A stretch of DNA of 35,817 bases from Candidatus Azambacteria bacterium (GCA_024654415.1 JANLHQ010000011.1:1-35817), one strand, 5' to 3'; shown: positions 1 through 8,548, numbered from the stretch's first letter. Notes: a model not told the origin generated them from the sequence alone. Made by a program: numbers and translations.

Positions 1-1
1 T

Positions 2-97
2 CTCAATCATCGACCGCGCAAACGCCTCGGCTATCTCACTCCGCACGAGGTATTCGTTCTTGGAGCGGTTCCTGGTGCAGTTCAAACTTGAATGTAG
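2..97 (+). mobile_element. IS30-family DDE transposase, C-terminal fragment (gene begins left of the window)
   Basis: Frame 2 reads LNHRPRKRLGYLTPHEVFVLGAVPGAVQT then TGA (95-97). LN-RPRK-LGY-TP-EVF is the conserved C-terminal signature of IS30-type transposases. The terminal inverted repeat cannot be verified without the other end. Confidence 0.6.
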
Positions 98-150
98 GGC
101 TCATTGGATAAAGATCCTCGGTGGATCTATTTTAACCAATCACCATAATT

Positions 151-531
151 TTATTTCCACTCTTTTTTTAGCTCGATCAGCCTTTTAAGCCTCGCATCCA
201 TATCTTCGGTGGTCTGTAACTGTCTAGGAACAACACTGTCACTCACAATATCATCGCTTCCTGATGGAAGGATAAATACATTGCCTTCGTATTTTCCTAA
301 AGCCACTTTCATCCCTTCACTCTCAAATCTTGGAATCAATTCATCTATAGGGGTTGTATACCCTGGGTTTTCTTCTTCATCCGCCTTTATTTTTTCATAC
401 GAATCATGATCAATCCCAGGAAATTCGAAAACTTCCTAGCTTTCGCTAAGCTCTATAGCTAGAGAAATAATCTCTCTTCCTGTTAACTCTTTTTCCTCTG
501 GAGATGGATCTGCTTTCGGTATCTCGTTCAT
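151..531 (-). pseudogene. hypothetical 126-codon ORF interrupted by a single in-frame TAG (436-438)
   Basis: ATG at 531 opens MNEIPKADPSPEEKELTGREIISLAIELSES, followed by TAG. The same frame then continues EVFEFPGIDHDSYEKIKADEEENPGYTTPIDE into the 62-aa track ORF 151..339, which otherwise has only a TTG start. No family recognised. Confidence 0.3.
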
Positions 532-553
532 ATAAAAAGTATATTAAATACTC

Positions 554-673
554 TTATTTCTTCTTTCCTTTGCTTTTCTTAGCTTCGAGCATGAGCCTCT
601 TCACCTCCAACCGCTTTTTCGTTTTATGAGAATGAGCTGCTCTCCCTTTTACGATACCTGTTTTTCTTCCCAT
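554..673 (-). CDS. very small lysine/arginine-rich ORF (39 aa), hypothetical
   Basis: ATG 673 to TAA 554: MGRKTGIVKGRAAHSHKTKKRLEVKRLMLEAKKSKGKKK. It is below the track cut-off, has no recognisable family and may not be expressed. Confidence 0.2.
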   Translation of the reverse strand: MGRKTGIVKGRAAHSHKTKKRLEVKRLMLEAKKSKGKKK

Positions 674-789
674 ATATGTATGTGATTAATTAACTATTCC
701 TTGAGCATACCAGAGAATACTGGCAAAGAAAAGGGTTCTCCCCTGTTTTTCGCTTGGCCTTACACCCACATGCTTCACCCGCAGGATAT

Positions 790-2460
790 TCACGCATTCA
801 ATAACTTGTCTTGCTCTGCTTTCAACTGACTTAATGTTTCAATATTCCACTTTTCGTTGCGCAAGACCTTTGATATCCAATGTCCGCCTAAAAAGTGAGG
901 CATCATCACAAAATCAGCGCCGTGCCGGTACAGCATCTCGGCATCTATCTTATGGTATGCATTACCAATAATCAACGCCTTGTCATTGGTTTTGCGAACA
1001 AACTTAATCAGATTGACCTGATCATCAACAGTAGGCACGGTCATGATAATCATCTTGCTTTGTGCTATTGGCAAACCCTCCAAAAATTCGATATCGGCAA
1101 TATCGCCAAAATAAAAAGGGAGATCGGACTTCCGAATGCGTGCAACAGCCGCCGGATCAAAATCAACCACGCAAAAATTCGTCTTCAAGTCACTCATAGC
1201 CTCCGCCACCTTCATACCAATGCGATGATACCCGATAATCCATGCATCATACTTTTTGGTCACGTGCTCATTTTGACGATATTTATCAGGCCCGAATAAG
1301 CGGAAGTACGGTAAAAAGAACCGATAGATCTGTTCGTTATAAGAGATCAGGTACGAAGATATGAAAATCGTAGCAATAGCAACCGCTGTAAAAATAGCTC
1401 CTTCATTCCCCTGAAGATGCCCCGCCTGTCTGCCAGCAAACAACAACACAAAGCCAAATTCGCTCACTTGGGCCGCAGTAAGACCGGCCAAAAAACTATT
1501 TCTGCGCGTAAATTTCAATCTTCGGAATAAGATATACAATATGAGCGGATTACCGATGAGAATAAAAAGAGAAAGTATCGTAGCAGGCACGAGTATCAAT
1601 CCGAGAGAGCTAATTCCCATTTCGCTCCCAAGCACGATGAAAAATAAAATTAGGAAAAAATCTCTAAGCGGCTTGATGCGACTCCCGATCTCCAACTGAT
1701 ACGGAGATGAGCTCAGTGCAATGCCAGAAACGATAGCGCCTATTTCCAAAGAAAACCCAAGCATATAGAGCGCGCTGGCCACCCCAAAACACCATGCAAG
1801 CGTAAAGAGAAATAAAAGCTCGCTGGAGTCCGCGATTTTGTCCAGCATTTTTGGCAAAAGATATCTACTGACAAGGTATAAGCCCGCGAGCGTGAGCGCG
1901 AGCTTCATAATAAGTAAGACGACCGTCAGCGATCCACCCCCAGATTCACTCTGCATCATCCCGAGCGCAATCACTAATATAACGGCAATCACATCCTGCA
2001 CCAACATCAGACCGATAGTATACCGGCCGTAGGTCGTGTCCGTATCCTTCTTATCGGACAAGAGCTTCATAATGATGATTGTGCTGGAGAATGTAATAGC
2101 CACGGCCACATAAAGCGCCGAGGTTAACTGCATATGCATGGCAAGTAATATAACTGTGCCGATGCCAGCCGTAAAAATGACCTGCCCGAGACCGGTGATG
2201 AAAGAAACCCTTCCGATTGATCGTAAATGATTGAAGTTGAGATTCAGGCCGATAATGAATAAAAGGAGTATGACCCCGAATTGTGCAAATGCCTCATACG
2301 TTTCGTGCCCGCCATCAAAGAGATTTAATATAAAAGGACCGGCGATAATTCCGGCAAAAATATATGCAACGATCAAGGGTTGGCGCAATATCCTAACAAT
2401 AAAAGCGGCACCAACGGTGATCGCTAAAAGTGAGCTAATTTGTACAAAAATATTATCCAT
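790..2460 (-). CDS. CPA2-family monovalent cation:proton antiporter (Kef-type) with C-terminal RCK/TrkA-N domain
   Basis: 556 aa with about 12 hydrophobic segments typical of the Na+/H+-exchanger fold. The C-terminal soluble domain has a Rossmann-type IIGYHRIGMKV...VVDFD motif as in KefB/KefC/TrkA-N. Confidence 0.8.
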   Translation of the reverse strand: MDNIFVQISSLLAITVGAAFIVRILRQPLIVAYIFAGIIAGPFILNLFDGGHETYEAFAQFGVILLLFIIGLNLNFNHLRSIGRVSFITGLGQVIFTAGIGTVILLAMHMQLTSALYVAVAITFSSTIIIMKLLSDKKDTDTTYGRYTIGLMLVQDVIAVILVIALGMMQSESGGGSLTVVLLIMKLALTLAGLYLVSRYLLPKMLDKIADSSELLFLFTLAWCFGVASALYMLGFSLEIGAIVSGIALSSSPYQLEIGSRIKPLRDFFLILFFIVLGSEMGISSLGLILVPATILSLFILIGNPLILYILFRRLKFTRRNSFLAGLTAAQVSEFGFVLLFAGRQAGHLQGNEGAIFTAVAIATIFISSYLISYNEQIYRFFLPYFRLFGPDKYRQNEHVTKKYDAWIIGYHRIGMKVAEAMSDLKTNFCVVDFDPAAVARIRKSDLPFYFGDIADIEFLEGLPIAQSKMIIMTVPTVDDQVNLIKFVRKTNDKALIIGNAYHKIDAEMLYRHGADFVMMPHFLGGHWISKVLRNEKWNIETLSQLKAEQDKLLNA

Positions 2461-2537
2461 ACTGTTCTATTCCTTAATACGGTTTTCCATTATTCAAGAA
2501 TACAGCATTTCGCTTAGTATGTCATTACGCATACCAT

Positions 2538-2575
2538 AAAACAAAATACCCCATTGAAGGAGTGTTTTGTTTTTT
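2538..2575 (-). terminator. terminator-like hairpin inside the 5' leader of the antiporter gene
   Basis: Minus strand reads AAAACAAAACACTCC-TTCAAT-GGGGTATTTTGTTTT, an A/U tract plus a 5-bp GC-containing core with one mismatch. It lies 78 nt upstream of the ATG at 2460. The stem is weak. Confidence 0.3.
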
Positions 2576-2731
2576 AGCTCCGATGGCTGAACGATGTTCG
2601 AATTTGTTTAGCGTGAGCGGCTACTTACTACCCACACTTATTATTTATGATCACGCTATATTGTGCTTTGTAAATTGTCCCGGTCCCCATTTCTGAGAGA
2701 TATAACCCACGACATAAAGGATTTGATTACC

Positions 2732-2758
2732 TTGACAAACCATATAATTAAGTATAAT
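2732..2758 (+). promoter_or_regulatory. sigma-70-like promoter for the small + strand ORF
   Basis: TTGACA (2732-2737), 15-nt spacer, TATAAT (2753-2758), 12 nt upstream of ATG 2770. The spacer is shorter than optimal. Confidence 0.4.
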
Positions 2759-2769
2759 AAAGAGATAAG

Positions 2770-3078
2770 ATGTTCCTTCAAAAACTGAATAAAAAAAGGG
2801 GGGTCATGAGCATATTTAAATTCAAAGGTAAAATTAGAGGTAGCACAATTTCGGGGACAGTTACCAAAGCATCGGCAGCACCAGCATCAGGGGTTGGTAT
2901 CCTGGGAATTATTCTTCCTATCTGGATCCTTGTGTTTATAGCCAACCTACTCGTAGAAGAAGGAAGTCCCCTCTTTGTTGTTTTTGCCCCGTTTTTTATC
3001 GTGGTGGCAATCGTATACGGGATATTCTGGTTGATCTGGACGTTGCTCGGAGAATTGATCTGGCTGTTAATCGGATAA
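2770..3078 (+). CDS. small integral membrane protein, hypothetical
   Basis: 102 aa with two long hydrophobic segments (GILGIILPIWILVFIANLL, LFVVFAPFFIVVAIVYGIFWLIWTLL). An alternative start at ATG 2806 is preceded by AAAGGGGGG. A hairpin terminator follows. Confidence 0.5.
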   Translation: MFLQKLNKKRGVMSIFKFKGKIRGSTISGTVTKASAAPASGVGILGIILPIWILVFIANLLVEEGSPLFVVFAPFFIVVAIVYGIFWLIWTLLGELIWLLIG

Positions 3079-3126
3079 TGATTTTCGCGTAACACCAATC
3101 ATGAAGTAAGTTTCGATACTAAAACA

Positions 3127-3162
3127 AACCCGCTCAATCAAAATGAGCGGGTTTTACTTTTT
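3127..3162 (+). terminator. rho-independent terminator
   Basis: AACCCGCTCA (3127-3136) pairs with TGAGCGGGTT (3144-3153), followed by a T-rich run. Confidence 0.7.
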
Positions 3163-3193
3163 TAACATGAGCGATTTATACGCTCAATCCATC

Positions 3194-3232
3194 AAAAACA
3201 AGAAACATCCACAAGGGATGTTTCTTGTTTTC
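3194..3232 (-). terminator. rho-independent terminator of the FAD-protein gene (convergent with the previous one)
   Basis: 13-bp stem ACAAGAAACATCC (3198-3210) / GGATGTTTCTTGT (3216-3228), flanked by A and T runs on both sides. Confidence 0.7.
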
Positions 3233-3308
3233 ATGGCTCCGCGCGTTGGACGCTGTTCGAACCGCTCTACAGGAGATACAAGGAAGATCCCCGCTTGAAA
3301 AATAACGG

Positions 3309-4289
3309 CTATTTAAGAATTTGTTGTGCAACGACTCTAGACATAACAAGTATTTCACCTATTGAACCTCCTCCCAGGCGCCCTTTCCCATGCATACCGT
3401 AGGCACATTCACCTAACGCATATATGTTATTTACTTTTGTTTCTCCTCGTTTGTTGATGCGTATACCACCCAATACGAAATGAGGCTCTATATCTAGCTC
3501 AATAATCTTATTTCCATTTACTGCATACCTTTTTACTGTTCTTTGATACTCCTTACAAATATCATCAAACCTATGGTGCGCATTATGTGCTCTAACAAGG
3601 TAATGTGTTAACTCAAGCCTTTTGCTCTTATCATCAACAAAATCAAAATTATATAGGTCGTCACTCGGGATACATACACCTTTTGAATAGAAAGGATGCT
3701 TCATTACCAAATCTTGATACATCACTACGCATCCCACAGCTTTAGCAACCTTAAATAGGTTGCTTTCCACCTTTTCGTCAATAAACTTTTCAGACAACCG
3801 TGCCCTGAGCCCACCAAAACAGAACACGACCTTCTTACAGTGAATGACTCCTTCATTAGTTGAGACCTCTATGTACTCACGCTTCTTTCGCACTGAAACG
3901 ACCTCCGCATACACGCGACTGAAACTAGATTCTTTGCGTATCTTGTTAAGTAATGATTTGGAATTAGCAACTATGGCGCCCAGATACGAGGGCTTCATTT
4001 TTGTTAGGTGACTTAAATACGTCAATTCATTGTCAATATTATTCACAAATACGTTCACTAATTGTTTATTATTTTTCCCATAACTCGCTGTGTTCATCGA
4101 TTCCTTTAGCGAGGTCTGTCTCACTCCTCGTGAGCGAATATTGAAGTACGATTTATCACTCACGGTTTGTATGTCAGGAGCAACTATCAAAAAATCGCGT
4201 TTACCATGGGTAATTAAATGATGCGCCAAATAAAGTCCAGAGAAACCGGCTCCAACAATAACGGTGTCTGTGTTTTTAATTGTTTTCAT
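3309..4289 (-). CDS. short FAD-dependent oxidoreductase (succinate dehydrogenase / L-aspartate oxidase flavoprotein-like)
   Basis: N-terminal dinucleotide-binding VIVGAGFSGLYLA (GxGxxG). C-terminal YALGECAYGMHGKGRLGGGSIGEILV resembles the FAD_binding_2 closing motif (AAGE..G.HGANRLggnsL). At 326 aa it is much shorter than NadB/SdhA. Confidence 0.6.
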   Translation of the reverse strand: MKTIKNTDTVIVGAGFSGLYLAHHLITHGKRDFLIVAPDIQTVSDKSYFNIRSRGVRQTSLKESMNTASYGKNNKQLVNVFVNNIDNELTYLSHLTKMKPSYLGAIVANSKSLLNKIRKESSFSRVYAEVVSVRKKREYIEVSTNEGVIHCKKVVFCFGGLRARLSEKFIDEKVESNLFKVAKAVGCVVMYQDLVMKHPFYSKGVCIPSDDLYNFDFVDDKSKRLELTHYLVRAHNAHHRFDDICKEYQRTVKRYAVNGNKIIELDIEPHFVLGGIRINKRGETKVNNIYALGECAYGMHGKGRLGGGSIGEILVMSRVVAQQILK

Positions 4290-4317
4290 ATATCATTAGA
4301 TTTTTTAGATGAGTAAT

Positions 4318-4347
4318 AAAAAAACTGCCTCATGGGCAGTTTTTTTG
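4318..4347 (-). terminator. hairpin terminator flanked by A- and T-runs
   Basis: ACTGCC (4324-4329) pairs with GGCAGT (4335-4340), between AAAAAAAA and TTTTTTT. It lies downstream of the 7217-to-4596 gene string. Confidence 0.5.
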
Positions 4348-4595
4348 CTACGTAATAGAGAGATAATAATCTTATACGCCAAAATACAACTGCCCGCTCT
4401 GCCAGGCAGCCCACCACGTATTAGTTGTTCGACGTATATGATTCATATTTTTAGTATAACAACCAAAGCAAAAAAGTCAACCACTTAAACACCATAATTT
4501 GAAGACTAAGCTCCGCGGCTTATTGGCTGTGCGAACTTGTATCATCGAACAAACGCTACTCGAGAAGTATAGGATAAAGAGCCTTCAATGATGAG

Positions 4596-5039
4596 TTAAG
4601 AGCGTTTTAATTTACCAAGGAGATAGTGAAGAATTAAGGCAAGAATAGTCCAATAGAAAGCAAATATGATACCAATAAACGGAGGTGGTGGATCGTCTTG
4701 CCTCATGTATTCAATGAGGGGTGACACAGGTCCTATCAAAACAATTTTGATAGGTAATATAATTCTGGACACAGCACTCTTCCAGGCTATTGGTGAGTCG
4801 CCACCGGTTCTGAGGACAGAGTCGGGGAACTGAGGAAAGCCTCGGGGGCCTGTTGATCCCAAAAGTGAGGTAGTGATAAAAAGAAAGGCAAACCCAGAAA
4901 TGATGAAAAGAATAACAAATTTTTTCCTTGAAATACTCATATACGTATCTCGGTTATTTTGCTCCACACCCTGAACGAAATCCGAACGTTGAATTTTGAT
5001 CCGCCGCCGCCGAATTTCGTATATAACTTTCCCGGTCAA
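4596..5039 (-). CDS. small membrane protein, hypothetical (start uncertain)
   Basis: Hydrophobic segments FVILFIISGFAFLFITTSLL and FIGIIFAFYWTILALILHYLL. The 5039 start is TTG, directly abutting the stop of the upstream gene. An ATG at 4940 (MSISRKKF...) would give 114 aa. Confidence 0.5.
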   Translation of the reverse strand: MTGKVIYEIRRRRIKIQRSDFVQGVEQNNRDTYMSISRKKFVILFIISGFAFLFITTSLLGSTGPRGFPQFPDSVLRTGGDSPIAWKSAVSRIILPIKIVLIGPVSPLIEYMRQDDPPPPFIGIIFAFYWTILALILHYLLGKLKRS

Positions 5040-7217
5040 CTACTTCGTCGTCAGAAAATTATACCATGGGAGATGTTCCGATAATATATTGCCATTCTCG
5101 GCATCCGCGGACACAGCCCTCGGGACATTAAGCGGAATGAACCCGAACAGTTTTCGGCGCTCATTCATTTTCATATTATAGACCGCCTTCGTGTTCTCTT
5201 TTTTTAATTCAATCGCTGTTGGCGTAAGTCCAAGCTTCTCCAATACCTCGCTTGCCGACATTTTTACATCCACACCACCTACGCTTAGCACGTTTTCTTT
5301 GATTGTAACCTCATTCGTGTTCACTTCCAATCCTTTATCCAAAATAAGCACCTGGTTCTCCGTTGGCTCAATGCTCACCGGTCTGTTTCCGACACTGACA
5401 AGCATTTTCTTCCCCGTAGTTTTTACCGCTATATCATCGGCTTTAATTTCCCCACGGCTTACTTTTACTTCTTTTACTAAAGTATTAAGCTCGCTTACTT
5501 CCAGCTCTTTTCTGCTTTTTATAAGATTGGAAATAAGCCCATCAATTTCATCCCGTAATGTTTTGAGTTCCTCTATTTGTTTTTCTTCCCCTTTTGCAGA
5601 AACGGCTTTTTCAAGTCTTGCTTTATAATATGTGCCGATCTCTTGTCCCGACTCAATGACAACTGGTCGTACCGTTTCCGTAATAGAAGCTGATCCTGTT
5701 ATCGCGGTAGCTTTCGGTATGACAGATGTCTTTTCTTGGATAGAACACTGTGCCCTTACTTTTTCAATACCGAGTGAAAGTTCCTGCAGGATTTTTTCAA
5801 TTTCTTCTCGAGAAAATCCATTCTTTTTTAGTTCATCATCACTTAGATTACCAAGTTTTTTATAATAGGCGATTTTAGTTTCCCACTGCGCGACTTCGTT
5901 GCAACGGTCTATTAATACGGCGACCGGTTTATTCGTTAGTGCGGGAATTGATTTATTTTCTATTGCTATTTGTGAGCCAGTTGGCATTGACTGCGGAGCT
6001 ATCGTTGGTGCTGGCCACGAAGCTATTGCTGGTTTTGATTGTGGGGAATTACTAACACATTCCTTTTGTTGTGTTGAAATTTGCTGTTTCAGCGCAATTA
6101 TTTCTTTGGTTATTAATTCTGTTCTTGCTTTATCAGATTCTGATTTTTGCAATTCAATAATAAGTTGATTATATTTCTGAAATAAATAGTCGCCGATATA
6201 ACACACAGGAGTCGCTCTAGGTATTTCTACTAGTCTTGTTGTTGGGGTTCCCGGCTTATTTTCTTGCGTGTAAATTGGTTTGTTTTCTGTTCCTTTTGGT
6301 GGAGCTCCTACTTGCCAAGCGTTTTGCGGATCCGTGGAGCAGATTTTTTTTGCATCCTCAGTATATTTTTTTATGTTTTCGATGTTCCGAATTATATCTT
6401 CTATTTTCCCCTTGTCAGATAGCGCTTCTTGTTTTTGTAACTCAAGAGTAAGATCACTATAATTTTGTGTTAAAGTGTCGATAGTTGTGCAGACAGAAAC
6501 CCATTCTTGTTTCACTATTGGTACTGATGATGGCCCAAGAGGAGTTGATCTATTTCCACCTTCAGTGGTCTCTTTGTAATAAAAAATGGGAGTTGGTGCC
6601 TCTGTTGAAACAACGCCCGATCCTCCCCTCTTTGAACAATGACTCGCACACGCTTCTTTTGCGTATTGATTCCATAAGTCAGCAGATTTGCATGAGGTTG
6701 TTTCCCCTAAAGTAACTTCAAAACCATCATAACATTGAGCATGAACATTTTTGTATACGCCGGCGCCGCATTCGTTATAAACTTTGGAAGTGTTCACTCC
6801 GCATCTTGTGTCTGGCGAGGTGGCGGCAGTTGTTGGCGCAGTAACACCACCTATCGTTGTTGCTTTTAGGGCTGGTACTGTCACCGGCGTTGGTGCCGGC
6901 ACCGCTGTCTCCGGTATTGCCGGCGTTGTTGGTGGTTCGTCTGAAGATGGGGGTACGTCTTTATTTGGACAATGATTCATACAGGCCTCATCCGCTAACT
7001 TGGTCAACTCCTCATATGATTTACATGAGATCTCCTCCAGAGTAATCCCAAAACCATCAAAACATTCGGCGTAAACATTTTTGTACATACCGACGCCACT
7101 GCATTGGTTATAAAACTTATAACCAGATACCCCGCATCTTTGATCTAAAGTTTGCGCCAGCCCAATAACAGGAGACGCCACTAAACCGATAATAAATAAA
7201 ATTGTTACGATTTTCAT
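5040..7217 (-). CDS. secreted Cys-rich repeat protein, hypothetical
   Basis: Signal peptide MKIVTILFIIGLVASPVIGLAQT. Two copies of a ~55-aa six-Cys module (RCGV..K.YN.C..G.YKNV.A.C.DGF..TL.E..CKS......A.EAC..HC), P/T-rich linkers, three Cys-bracketed helical modules and a C-terminal LFGFIPLNVP... tail. Confidence 0.65.
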   Translation of the reverse strand: MKIVTILFIIGLVASPVIGLAQTLDQRCGVSGYKFYNQCSGVGMYKNVYAECFDGFGITLEEISCKSYEELTKLADEACMNHCPNKDVPPSSDEPPTTPAIPETAVPAPTPVTVPALKATTIGGVTAPTTAATSPDTRCGVNTSKVYNECGAGVYKNVHAQCYDGFEVTLGETTSCKSADLWNQYAKEACASHCSKRGGSGVVSTEAPTPIFYYKETTEGGNRSTPLGPSSVPIVKQEWVSVCTTIDTLTQNYSDLTLELQKQEALSDKGKIEDIIRNIENIKKYTEDAKKICSTDPQNAWQVGAPPKGTENKPIYTQENKPGTPTTRLVEIPRATPVCYIGDYLFQKYNQLIIELQKSESDKARTELITKEIIALKQQISTQQKECVSNSPQSKPAIASWPAPTIAPQSMPTGSQIAIENKSIPALTNKPVAVLIDRCNEVAQWETKIAYYKKLGNLSDDELKKNGFSREEIEKILQELSLGIEKVRAQCSIQEKTSVIPKATAITGSASITETVRPVVIESGQEIGTYYKARLEKAVSAKGEEKQIEELKTLRDEIDGLISNLIKSRKELEVSELNTLVKEVKVSRGEIKADDIAVKTTGKKMLVSVGNRPVSIEPTENQVLILDKGLEVNTNEVTIKENVLSVGGVDVKMSASEVLEKLGLTPTAIELKKENTKAVYNMKMNERRKLFGFIPLNVPRAVSADAENGNILSEHLPWYNFLTTK

Positions 7218-7246
7218 AATATTTAAGATACTACAAGTATACCACT

Positions 7247-8269
7247 CTACTTGTTTGAAGTGTATTTGAAATTCACATTATGCTGTTCCGCGGGAAGTTG
7301 ATAACCGTCAGCTTCGAAAGGATAAGCCAGTACTCCGCTGGGGAAATCAGTATCAGGGCTATAACTTTTCCAATAAAAGAACGACCCAGGTTGAACAAGG
7401 TGACGATGTATGTCCCCTTTCTGAATGTTCGGATTTACTGATGTGTCTGGTACACTGAAGTAAAAATCAGCAAAGTGGTGAGCGCCGGCGCCAGCCGGCA
7501 CGGTGCCAGCAAATCCAATTAGTTCACCACGTTTTACTTTGTATCCGATGAGAGCGCCATATGAAGACGCATTGCCCGTGGGTGGAAGCGTAAAATTCCC
7601 ATCCCAGAATAGTTGGAATCCCTGGGCTGGCGGCGCAAGGAGGTCGTTACTTGAACCTTGAGTGTGTCCGGTCAATAGAGGTGAGGTTGATAAATGATAT
7701 ACAGTCATATATACCCCCGGCCAATCAGGGCTTGCAGACTCGAAGAATAATTTAACGTCATCAGAATGGGCAGATATTCCTTCAGACACAATCTGAGTGC
7801 TGGTATCTCGAAAGCCAACTAGTATCATATCAAACGGTGCGAGTACCGGCGAATCACGATTATATGCTTCAAAGCTCATGCCGGGCTTATGCTCGTAAGG
7901 TGGCCATCCTGGATGGCCACCAACCTTGGGGCCAAGCGTAATTATATTAGGGTCAGCACCTGTACCATATAACTCCGTATGGGTATTAATGCCTTCCATA
8001 CTGGGTGGCGGTGATGTAATTGCAGATGCGCTTATTTTGGGTGCCAGAATGGGTTTTGAAGGAGGAGTAATTAATCTATCAGAACCTTCGTTTGATTTTG
8101 TATTGATATCTACATTTGAATTTTTGTTGAGTAGTTTTTCCAAAATACTGCTGCGATTTGCCGCATAAAATACGCCAACAATAAATGTAATAACCAGCAT
8201 TGAAATTATGAATTTTTTTCTCATAATGGAAATGAGGACAGGGACAATTATGCTTGGGATTCTTCCCAT
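7247..8269 (-). CDS. membrane-anchored protein with a divergent M23/LytM-like peptidase domain
   Basis: N-terminal anchor MRKKFIISMLVITFIVGVFYA (an ATG at 8224 is a plausible true start). The order VLAPFDMILVG ... YMTVYHLS ... VKRGELIGFAGTVPAGAGAHHFADFYF matches the M23 pattern (AP.dG.V / Y.HL / G..IG..G.TG...HLHFE), but the metal ligands are not canonical. Confidence 0.45.
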   Translation of the reverse strand: MGRIPSIIVPVLISIMRKKFIISMLVITFIVGVFYAANRSSILEKLLNKNSNVDINTKSNEGSDRLITPPSKPILAPKISASAITSPPPSMEGINTHTELYGTGADPNIITLGPKVGGHPGWPPYEHKPGMSFEAYNRDSPVLAPFDMILVGFRDTSTQIVSEGISAHSDDVKLFFESASPDWPGVYMTVYHLSTSPLLTGHTQGSSNDLLAPPAQGFQLFWDGNFTLPPTGNASSYGALIGYKVKRGELIGFAGTVPAGAGAHHFADFYFSVPDTSVNPNIQKGDIHRHLVQPGSFFYWKSYSPDTDFPSGVLAYPFEADGYQLPAEQHNVNFKYTSNK

Positions 8270-8321
8270 TGAATTATTATATCAAAGAAAAAGGTACCTG
8301 ACACTTTTCTTCCATAAACAT

Positions 8322-8345
8322 AAAAATCCCCGTTTGGGGATTTTT
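8322..8345 (-). terminator. strong hairpin terminator between a structured GC-rich spacer and the M23-like gene
   Basis: AAAAATCCCC (8322-8331) / GGGGATTTTT (8336-8345) with a 4-nt loop, and T-runs in both orientations. Confidence 0.7.
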
Positions 8346-8353
8346 ATGTTTTG

Positions 8354-8500
8354 GCTCGCCCTACTCAAGGACTTTCGAACTTTGGATTGGGCAGAGGAGT
8401 ATAAATATCCGACCGTGATCCTCTCCCAAATGAAACAGTTACTAGCCGAACATCAGGAGGGATAACCCCGATTTGCCAGCTGTTTGCCCTTGTGGCGAGC
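8354..8500 (-). ncRNA. candidate structured RNA / cis-regulatory leader (unclassified)
   Basis: A 7-bp closing helix (GCTCGCC 8500-8494 with GGCGAGC 8360-8354 on the minus strand) encloses a 9-bp bulged hairpin (8389-8398 / 8419-8427). The region is locally GC-rich in an AT-rich setting and is followed immediately by the terminator at 8322-8345. No known RNA family recognised by eye. Confidence 0.25.
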
Positions 8501-8503
8501 TTT

Positions 8504-8548
8504 GTCCCACGAACCCACGCTTGTCACCAATTGCCACCAGTACCCACC
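8504..8548. repeat. five phased ~10-nt degenerate repeats ending in CCCAC(C)
   Basis: GTCCCAC / GAACCCAC / GCTTGTCACC / AATTGCCACC / AGTACCCACC read consecutively on the + strand. Confidence 0.5.

Noticed and set aside
436-438. The in-frame TAG as evidence for stop-codon reassignment.
   Set aside because: TAG cleanly terminates at least three well-supported ORFs in the window (ending at 3309, 5040 and 7247). TGA also acts as a stop (790, 13034, 14461), so the standard code 11 fits.
4511-4519. GCTCCGCGG, the first 9 nt of the tRNA 3' repeat, recurs at about 4511 and could be a distal att site of a 13.5-kb island.
   Set aside because: Only 9 nt match, which is roughly a 1-in-4 chance event in 2 x 36 kb. 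The similarity stops immediately and the core is the palindromic CCGCGG.
8351-8390. The T-loop-like string GTTCGAAAG followed by ...GGGCGAGCCA looked like a tRNA 3' end or att site.
   Set aside because: The flanking bases do not form a 5-bp T-stem with a 7-nt loop. The distance to the CCA-like end is wrong (11 nt instead of 8), and no cloverleaf can be drawn. It is kept only as part of the unclassified structured element.
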